From positions 981,972-1,045,700 of the forward strand of contig NMRA01000037.1 in NCBI GenBank assembly GCA_002633005.1: DNA of 63,729 nucleotides, read 5' to 3'. A program made the position numbers and the translations under genes. Of this stretch, positions 1 to 9,276 are shown piece by piece; positions within the stretch are counted from its first letter, which is position 1, and every line of letters begins with the position of its first letter. This DNA comes from Phoronis australis. Taxonomy: Eukaryota; Animalia; Phoronida. Below the pieces are notes generated by a model. It was not told the DNA's origin. It searched no databases and saw only the letters and a list, made by a program, of their open reading frames with translations.

Positions 1-1082
1 TTATTTATTCATTCATTAATGTAATATTTACAATGAGGGTATCCCCATCAGTTCACACTGCTTTCCATGGGGGCCCTCTTTTCTGGTTATATTTCATTTC
101 TTTTCGTCCCTGTGGTATTAACAAATCAATTGTCTACCGCCTTTGGCTCACAGGTTTTAACGGTGACATTATACCAAAATTTGTAGCGTAACGTGTGCGC
201 CAGACCCAGTGAATGGATGGTGAAAATTATCCCATTTTGGACAGTCTGTAAAATTTGGGACGTCAAAATTGAAGGTGAAGTTGCATTTTCTTGATTCTGA
301 ATATTGGAACATGGGCAATTTTGACGTGCGTCATATTTTTCTAATATTGGATGCTAGGAGTATGAAAATGGACTTAACAGCCCATAAAATAATTGGAAAT
401 AATGCATGTGCCAGGGTAGAAAGCATGTAGTGATATGACGAGTTTTCGAATAAAGAACTGCTCTTGAAATGTTTGGTTTCCATGGAGTTATATTTGATGC
501 ATAATTTCTAAAGATAGACTTCCTAATGTGACTGTGTACGTGTGAGATTTGTGACCTTTCTTCCAATGATTTTAATGTACCAATGATTCTAATGTACCAA
601 TGATTCTAATGTACCAATGATTCTAATGTACCAATGATTCTAATGTACCAATGATTCTAATGTACCAATGATTCTAATGTACCAATGATTCTAATGTACC
701 AATGATTCTAATGTACCAATGATTCTAATGTACCAATGATTTTAATGTACCAATGATTTTAATGTACCAATGATTTTAATGTACCAATGATTTTAATGTA
801 CCAACTTCCAAACCTGTGTGAGAATACCAGTTGACGTGGTTCATCTTCACTTGTACTAGTATACCGGTAAAACGACAGTGATACGTGAAACATCTGCTTG
901 CTTGCATTTCTAGTTGTATCCAAAATGGCAGTTGCTCCTACACAAGTTTTCCCATGAACAAACTGCTCAATTTCTATGTCATTCCAATCCAGTATGCCCC
1001 GAAGCCAAACTTCATACTTCTTGTCGAAATGATCAAAAATTGCTTTGATCACAGAGTCTGGGGAAGTGTTTCCAGTTTTTAT
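1..1082 (-). mobile_element. Decayed 3' portion of a LINE (CR1/L2-like)
   Basis: The minus strand ends in GAGGGCCCCCATGGAAAGCAG..AACTGATGGGGATACCCTC followed by a (TGAA/TAAA)n-like tail at 1-20, resembling CR1/L2 3' ends. Only weak RT-like remnants lie upstream (KAIFDH..LRGILDW..EQFV in ORF 759-1052). Confidence 0.4.
564..804. repeat. 17-bp minisatellite CAATGATT(C/T)TAATGTAC, 14 copies
   Basis: Directly visible tandem array. Confidence 0.97.
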
Positions 1083-1351
1083 TTAAAGGCGAAGGCAACC
1101 TTTTTTCATGTCATTTTGAGCTAAAATAAGGTTGGTTGGTTATCCTAGACATATTTTCCACTTAATTACAGCTTTTCGTAATTTTGTTAATTACTCGTCC
1201 GCTACTCCGGAAGTGACGTTTTAGGAGGCAAGCATTTCGCGCCAATTTCTTTTCATATAGTCTGACTGTGAGAGCTGCCGAGTCAGTCATTGTTCTACCT
1301 CGGTTGTGTTAAGTTACGTCGTCGTTTGCTTTCATTTACTAGTCAGTCAGT

Positions 1352-2139
1352 ATGCTACACTGTTGCTGCGTACCGGAATGTACTAATTATCGTATCACGC
1401 GCACTTTGGGAGTACCTTAGCATCGCTTTCCGATGGATGACACACTTCGCCGTACTTGGCTCGTTCGTGTGAAGAACGCAGCGTTACCCGTCCACGCAAC
1501 GTACAAAGCAGTCGAGAATTACCGTGTGTGTGGCATGCACTTTCTGCCGTCCGATTACGAAAGGGATTTGTACGCTGAACTGATGAAAGTCCCTGTGAAA
1601 CAACGCCTGAAGAAGGATGCCATTCCGTCTGTGTTGATTCCCGGCAGTGCCCCGTCGCCACCCCCGAGAAGTGCGTTTTTAAAGAGAGAAGCCTCGCGAG
1701 CTGTGGCCAGTACAGTGACTGGAGCCAGTGGAGGCACGTCATCCACTGTCAACCGTGCCTCCGAATGTACCCCAGAGCGTGCCACTCCTGGAACCAGTAG
1801 TGATTCGCCCTGTGCTGTTTCCTCCAGCCCAGAGCCTCTAAGCAGCCCTGCAGCGATATTGAGTAGTGGGAGTGATTACAGGCCCAGTTCGACACCCAGT
1901 GAAGAGGACAGTTCGTCGTCCAGTGAACAGAACGGTGAGCCAAACTTTGATAAGTTTATTGTGGACTTGTCTAAAGTGTTGGACTATTTAGAAGGTGCCA
2001 GGTGTGTGACGAGGGAGTCACACGACACGATGTAAGCAGTTAGGGTGCTCAGGTCACCATCCAATGGGAGTGTGTCGCGGGACACTCTGGCAAGTTGGAC
2101 AGTTGTTCCTCTGTCCGTGGTATGCCGGAGGTCCACTTA
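1352..2139 (+). pseudogene. Kolobok transposase N-terminal remnant (THAP domain, Ser-rich linker, C2CH zinc finger)
   Basis: MLHCCCVPEC..GVP*HRFP..W..RVCGMHF..LKKDAIPS is a THAP signature with a premature TAG at 1418-1420. After a frameshift near 1983 the reading continues LFRRCQVC..*GAQVTIQWECVAGHSGK..GMPEV. The DDE core is absent. Confidence 0.85.
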
Positions 2140-2140
2140 A

Positions 2141-2450
2141 CCGTGTCCAGTAGTGGCTTGGCCTCGTCGAACCGGAACAGCACAAGCATTCCATTGAGGT
2201 AGGCATAACAACGCACACAGTGCATTTGCACCATGATGTGTCACCACGTCTGTCCTCAGTAGCCGCCTCGTTTCTCTCAACAGCTGCCTGTGCCTGTGCG
2301 TACTCTGCCTCATTATACTCGGGCTCAAACATGAACCCACCCACTGAATATCCGTGAAAAAATTCCTCATTGCTCGTCACCACTGCTGTGAACAAGGTCT
2401 CCGTCACTCACACTACTGTCACTGTGATACGGGTCACCGACTCCAGCCAT
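2141..2450 (-). pseudogene. KolX-like protein N-terminal remnant (homologous to the P2X7 Cys-rich ballast domain)
   Basis: ATG at 2450, acidic Ser-rich leader, frameshift, then GFMFEPEY...RRGDTSWCKCTVCVVMPTSMECLCC. This is the FEP / WCxCxxC..MPT..ECxCC pattern of KolX/P2RX7-ballast-like proteins. Truncated at ~2141. Confidence 0.8.
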
Positions 2451-2878
2451 TTTCAGCTTACAACACACTAAACAATCCCTAAATTCAACGTAGTTGAGTT
2501 CTCTACTAACCTATCTTGCCGCAGATTACTCGCCGATGGAAAGTGGTGGCGACAATTGTTGAAAACAGCACAAAACAAAAGTAGAATAGAACAGATTCGC
2601 ACGGTAAACTCAACGCAAAACCAAGTGGCGGGAAACGCTTGCCTCCTAAAACGTCACTTCCGGAATAGAGGATGAGTAATTCATAAAATTGCGAAAAGCT
2701 GTACTTAAGTGGAAAATATGTCTAGGATAACCAACCAACCTTATTTTAGCTCAAAATGACATGAAAAAAGGTTGCCTTCGCCTTTAACTGTGCTCAGGTA
2801 TGTATTGAGTTATTGAACAGTACCACCATTGTGCATTTTTGATATATTTCCCATAATGCACCTGTACAATCACTTCAG

Positions 2879-3073
2879 ACTACCCGGCCAGTTGACAGCT
2901 GCCGATGTTGTGAACAACATGGAGGTGCACAGCTTGGCAAAAATTTTGAAGAAATATGGTGAAGAGAGTAAGGCATCACAGATTGCTCAAGCCATTGTTG
3001 ATACAAGAGGAGCCTTCGGAAATATCGCGACGACAAAGCAGCTGGCTGACATTGTCTCAACAGTTTATAATAG
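2879..3073 (+). CDS. METTL15: METTL15 (RsmH/MraW family 12S rRNA N4-methylcytidine methyltransferase), penultimate coding exon
   Basis: cttcAG acceptor and AG|GTAATA donor; LPGQLTAADVVNN..LAKILKKYGEE..IAQAIV..TTKQLADIV matches the RsmH family; the phase-2 join to the next exon gives Ser. Confidence 0.92.
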
Positions 3074-3885
3074 GTAATAATGTTGATATGGTAATAATGT
3101 TGATATGGTAATAATGTTGATATGGTAATAATGTTGATATGGTAATAATGTTGATATGGTAATAATGTTGATATGGTAATAATGTTGATATGGTAATAAT
3201 GTTGATATGGTAATAATGTTGATATGGTAATAATGTTGATATGGTAATAATGTTGATATGGTAATAATGTTGATATGGTAATAATGTTGATATGGTAATA
3301 ATGTTGATATGGTAATAATGTTGATATGGTAATAATGTTGATATGGTAATAATGTTGATATGGTAATAATGTTGATATGGTAATAATGTTGATATGGTAA
3401 TAATGTTGATATGGTAATAATGTTGATATGGTAATAATGTTGATATGGTAATAATGTTGATATGGTAATAATGTTGATATGGTAATAATGTTGATATGGT
3501 AATAATGTTGATATGGTAATAATGTTGATATGGTAATAATGTTGATATGGTAGTAATGTTGATATGGTAGTAATGTTGATATGGTAATAATGTTGATATG
3601 GTGTTGTGTATTGGCAATGCTACTTGTGGTTTTCCTTAGAATATAGTCACGTGGTATTTATGCCCACAAGCCACGTGCTCATCCCCTTCTTGTATTAGTT
3701 CTCCAAGCGAATAGACGTATTATATTTTACTCTCATCTGTGTTGTTTTACTGGTTCTACGAACACAACATATGGTAATAATGTTGATATGGTAATAATGT
3801 TGATATGGTAGTAATGTTGATATGGTAGTAATGTTGATATGGTAGTAATGTTGATATGGTAATAATGTTGATATGGTAATAATGA
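3073..3885. repeat. 17-bp minisatellite GGTAATAATGTTGATAT: 31 copies (3073-3599) plus ~6.5 copies (3770-3885), interrupted by a solo LTR
   Basis: Directly visible; explains the repetitive ORFs 3057-3617 and 3695-3901. Confidence 0.97.
3602..3769. mobile_element. 168-bp solo LTR
   Basis: Termini TGTTGTGT...ACACAACA (TG..CA, perfect 8-bp inverted repeat) flanked by the 5-bp duplication TATGG (3597-3601, 3770-3774). Confidence 0.75.
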
Positions 3886-4006
3886 GTTTTGGAGTTGTCA
3901 ATTAGTGTGTGAACAGTATAGTCTTGCTAATTTAAGACCCAATATGGCCGACCAGTGAAAATTTTTTGTAGAAGATGCTTTGTCATTTTCAAGTTCTATT
4001 TCATGG

Positions 4007-4310
4007 CAGGGCTCTCAATCCGTCGAATATCGGCCCCATTCCCCTCTGAAACATTGATAAATGTCACGAAATTCTCCTCTTGAGGCTCAAAAATTCCCCT
4101 CAAGTCATTGAAAATTTCCTTTCAGGGTTTAAATCACTTGTAATTCACACATGTGACAATTTCATAGAGCACAATATGTTAGTTTGGCTGCTTGAGGTAG
4201 AGCTTATGAGAGCTTGCAGCAGGATGGGAGGTAGAATTTTCCCCTCACCCCAAAACATTCCCCTCTCAGAAGGCACAGGCACCTTTTGGCTTGGATGAAA
4301 GAGGGCTCTG
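4007..4310. mobile_element. hAT-like MITE (CAGGGCTCTC termini)
   Basis: TIRs CAGGGCTCTC / GAGGGCTCTG; flanks CATGG / CATAG; internal sequence recurs at ~52335-52460. Confidence 0.6.
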
Positions 4311-5273
4311 CATAGCTACTGCTATACATTGTTGTGAGAAGTTGCAGACAATTTCAGGAGTGTTTGAAACTTTAGAAAAATGAAAAAAGGTCCCTTTCAG
4401 TATCATTTTTGTCCGAAATTGGCAAGACATAGGGATACGTGTTTATTGCTGTATTTGCTAGTGGTAGGTCTTGGTTTTTGCAATGAGAACTTCAAAATTT
4501 TCAGATACTGTCCCTTTTTGAATATGTGTGTTCAGGAAAGTTTATCTCCTGGAAATTTACGTGTTAGTGTCGAGGTTTTTATAGTTCTTTGTTTGGTTAC
4601 ACTACGTCTGTAATTACACTTCCTTCTGCCAGTTACACAGTTGGTAACACTCATGTGTACATTCTCTCCAATTTTGGACAGCAATAATTACTAAAATAGC
4701 CATTTTTTCATTTTTCAAAGGCTTCTGATGTTGTTATTAATAAATACATTTCATGCTTTGCATCTACAGATAAATTGAAAAAAATAGCTGATATTTTCGG
4801 CTTCCCAGATATCACGGCTGAAGCATTTGTCAGTGTGATGTCGTGCTGCTATGTGTCGCTGGCCGTAATGCAGGATTGTACATTCCGCCGAGTCTGTTCA
4901 TAGGATTAATCTGATGAACCTATTTAGTGACGTGAACGTCTGCAATTTTTCAAAATATTGTCTGGTTGTAGCTATGGTTACAGCGTTGAACATGTAAGAG
5001 CTTCGTTGCTATTGTATCTTTCTTGGAAAGAATTTAAAAATATAATTTCAATTGTCCGCCATATTGTGTCCTTAATTAGTGAGATTTTGTCATATGTGCT
5101 TCAGCCTACCATTTTATTTTGCCTTTCTGAAGAAGTATTGAAGGTCTGAAATGGGGGGAGTCATTGCAAGTTTTCCATGAATGAACATGTTCAGGATGGA
5201 GCTTGTGGATTTCCTGTTTAGCATACTAAAACGTGTGATACTTATTTTAGCTCAGTTGGGGTTACATTTTTAA

Positions 5274-5765
<492 letters not shown>

Positions 5766-5962
5766 CAAGTCGCTGGAAAGCTAATGTAGGTGAATACTAT
5801 TTGTGTTGATAAATAGAAGACTGAAGTGAGTGAATGTTTTATATGAAGGAAGCAGTAGAGAATGAATAATTTACTGAATTCATTCTCTACTTCTTAAGAT
5901 TTTGCACATCTTTGTAAGGCGTCGTCATAACAAAAATGAAGTGTAACACAACTTCAGTTTTT

Positions 5963-5976
5963 AATAAACATTTATT
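5963..5976. terminator. Back-to-back polyadenylation signals AATAAA-CA-TTTATT between the convergent genes
   Basis: AATAAA on + at 5963-5968 (about 200 nt after the METTL15 stop) and AATAAA on - at 5976-5971. Confidence 0.5.
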
Positions 5977-7612
5977 CAGTCAACAACATTTATAAAGTAT
6001 TCGACACGTCGTAAAACAAAATTCACCGGATACCAGGGAAAGCACCTGGGTGAGGAACTTCCATTATGCTAATGAATTCCGTATTATGCTAATGAACACA
6101 TCAAGTTGAGTTTAACAAAGTGTTCTTTGTGGGATAAATATACAATAACTAGATTAATTTTAACAATTTGATTTTTTCCTGTATCTAAAGAGTTGGACAC
6201 GCATAAATATCTTCTTGTCATTACTTCCAAGTTTTTTGTGAAATTAAAACTCAAGAATTGCTCTTTGCATTTACATATTTTAAGTTGTCTTTGCAAAAAA
6301 GTTACTTGCTTCAACAAAATTGAAAACTCAATTACAGTCTTGTTCTACTGTTTTAAAATCAGTGTTTTCCCTGAGTGACCAATCGGAGGTTGATGCCCAA
6401 AGGCAAATTCTTGAAGATGGTAATTACTTGGCACACCTACAATAATGTCAAGTGAACTTAGAAATGCAATCTCTGTAGCCATAGTAACGAAACTGATTTA
6501 AATACACAGTCAGCATAAACACTAAGTAAAGACATGACAATGTTATAATAAATGAAAAACAACAATATAAATCATTTTTTAATATGTCCTCCAATAAAAT
6601 GGAATATTCTTTCTTATAAATGTAACATTAAAAAATTAATGTTTTCAATGAATAATAGATTAATAGTAAAAGATATAAAACCCTATTTATATTATCATGT
6701 GTTTATCACAATTTTTTAGTTTTCCTCACAGCTAATAGGGCTCTTGAATGTGAATACGTTTGACTGTTATCAACCATATTTTGTCAAGAAATAACTTGAT
6801 TTTAGACAACTTAAAGTCACGAAGTTGGTCTCGAATTTGTTCCTCACTGAAGTTAAAGGTGTTTGCTGGCGTTGAAAACATCTAACAGTTTGTCATAACT
6901 TGAGGCAATATTTGGAGCCTGAAATGGCCTTCCAGGCCCACCACCGACAGTTTTGTTATTGGACAAGACCAGGCTACACAATGTGGTTAGTCACGTCAGT
7001 TCATTTTAAGTGCCGAGTATGGTTTCAAACAATAAAGAACTGTTAGTTAAAGACTGAAATTTCTTACCCATCTGAAAACCAACAAGATGAGATCAGTTTT
7101 AAAGTGGTAATTGGTGAAAATCTAAAGATTTTTCTTTGACAGAACATGGATTTACATCAGTTTTAGCTCATTTTCATTTATTCTAAACAATGGGCCAATG
7201 CTACTCCAAATATGGGAATGTCTCATTGTGGTTACCAATTTATCTGTATCACACATGTCAAATCCATGCAGTTTGCAGTCTAATTGAAAATTTCAAAATA
7301 AGATGCTTGGCTTGAGGGGAAATAAGGCTTTTACGGAAATCGTGACTGTGGCCATGATTTGGGAAATGCGAGCGAAAAATGACATGTTTGGGGAATGGAG
7401 ATTTATTGGGAGTGGAATCGGAAACTAATTTGACACCAGGAATTAGGAAGAGGGCCAAAAACTCTGAGAACCTAAATGGAACCCTCTTCCCCCCTCAACT
7501 GTATTACACTATTCTTTGATAATGACAAGGAATTCTATAATTATAGACTTTAGAGTGTCTCCAAAACAAATGCTTTTCATTGTACTAAATGCGCTAGACA
7601 AATCTGTTCCAG

Positions 7613-9276
7613 CTAAACTGTGGTATCCTCAACTGTAGGTTTTCCTGAAGTACTTATCTGAGGCAACAAAGCTGAACCCTCATAGTTATTCATTTCCGTC
7701 GTGTGACCCAGCGACCTGACTCGTTTCCACGACCATTCCTTGGAGTTATCAGAAATCTGATTCTCCAGCCTCTGCATGCGATTCCATGTATGAGCTCGCT
7801 TGCGTGGCTCTTGGTATGCCTGGAATGTTGGTATTGGGCCGATGTAGTAGCTATCCTGCAGTTCAGTAATGTGGAAATTTTCAAACACTTCGGCTTGTAA
7901 ACTTGTCTGCTGTTTTTCTGTTTTGCTTTCTACAGCTACAGGATTTCCATTTGAATAGGTATTCCTAACAGGCCCCGGATTATGGATGACATATTCAGGT
8001 GAATCGCTTATGTAGTAGTCTGACATGTCCTCTCCCTTCCCTGCATGTGGTCCGTTCCTTCTCAGCTCTGGCAACTCAGGTAGAAGGGGGTACAAGTACT
8101 CACTAATGGTTTTTGATTTCAATTCGTCAGCACTGGCGATGTTGTACGGGCACTCCACATCCTGCAAACAGAGGTCACTGTAGTTGTATTCCTTGATCTC
8201 ATTCTGCTCACGTGGATTTGCTTTGCTGTAATAATAGTTTGATTCAGCGAGACATCGATTGTGTGTTGCACCATCGCTTGGCTGGATCCTGGTCTTTTGG
8301 GTTGATCTGGCATTGAGTGGTGAAACACTCTCCTCGGGCGTAGCGTTCAGATATAACTGTTGGCTGTCTACATTAGCCTCGCCAGTCACATAGTCTTCTA
8401 ATGGGTCTACATTGTCATTTTGGTTCGAAACCAGATTGTAGCGATATCCTTTGCGACCTCCATTGCTCTTTCGTTGTGAATGCCAGATTTGCTTACAACC
8501 AATGCCAGCTGCGTTATGCAAGTTTTTACACCTACTCTGCCTGGTACGCCCTCGCCTGTTTCCCCGCTCTGTGTTGTGCCTTCTTTCTGTGTTTGTCCGT
8601 GTCAGGATACCTCTGGAACGGCACTGCAAGCAGGCGCATTGGTCGGAGTGACACATGGATGAAGACGCATAGTCAGCTATGTCTTTCAAGGTCGGCACGC
8701 TTAATGAACGTTTACATGCACCGTCTAACAAAGTCTCATTATCTGGCATATCATCGGAAATTTTCCGTTGCTTTGCTTCTGGTATGCCTGACATCTGAAT
8801 GCCCCCTGGTGGATTAATCAGGATCCCTGATGAATGACTTCCGCGACTGCTACGTTTGCTATGGAAGTTGGTGAATTGCCTAAGGCTGGATATGATACTG
8901 GGTCTGGTTTTGTTCACCGTTGTCAACTCATCTAGTCGCCGGCAGATGTCCATACAATCTTTCTTGAACTGATTAGTTGTGATTGCGTACAGGAAAGGGT
9001 TGGCGCAGGAGTTCAGTGGCAGGACAAAAACGGTGAAGACCTTGGCTTCATTAAGCGAGATCAGACTTTTGTCCAAAGCTGCGGCAATAGCTGTGACGGC
9101 AATGGGCGCCCAACAGGCAAAGTCTGTGAAGACCAACAGTGCCATACGGCGAGCCACGCGAGAGTCGTTAGAGTTCCAGGCTTGCGAGCCTCGAATTGAC
9201 CAGTAGATCTTCGTGTAGCATAGCAAGATGACGACAAAGGAAGCCATGTTGAAGATTAGTATGAACATCACGTAAG
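7613..9276 (-). CDS. rk: LGR last exon: TM5-TM7 plus long cytoplasmic tail
   Basis: ttccAG acceptor; [29 protein letters not shown] followed by about 450 aa to the TAG stop. Confidence 0.95.

Larger units (their letters stand above)
1087..2783 (+). mobile_element. Internally deleted (non-autonomous) Kolobok DNA transposon
   Basis: TTAA TSD at 1083-1086 and 2784-2787; termini AGGCGAAGGCAACC...GGTTGCCTTCGCCT; ~160-bp imperfect TIRs (1087-~1248, ~2622-2783); contains a THAP transposase N-terminus (+) and a KolX-like N-terminus (-). Confidence 0.9.

Noticed and set aside
1580-1602. CTGATGA..GAAAC hammerhead-like core (similar at 41145 and 54991)
   Set aside because: Stem II and the flanking stems cannot form; the first example lies in THAP coding sequence.
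3057-3901. 186-aa and 68-aa ORFs with repeated ISTLLPYQHYYHINIIT
   Set aside because: Translations of the 17-bp minisatellite, not genes.
6063-6096. ATTATGCTAATGAA repeated twice (octamer-like)
   Set aside because: A 20-bp-period local duplication in AT-rich DNA with no independent support for function.
7690-9206. Several overlapping + strand and alternate-frame ORFs
   Set aside because: Shadows of the long LGR last exon, with no recognisable motifs.
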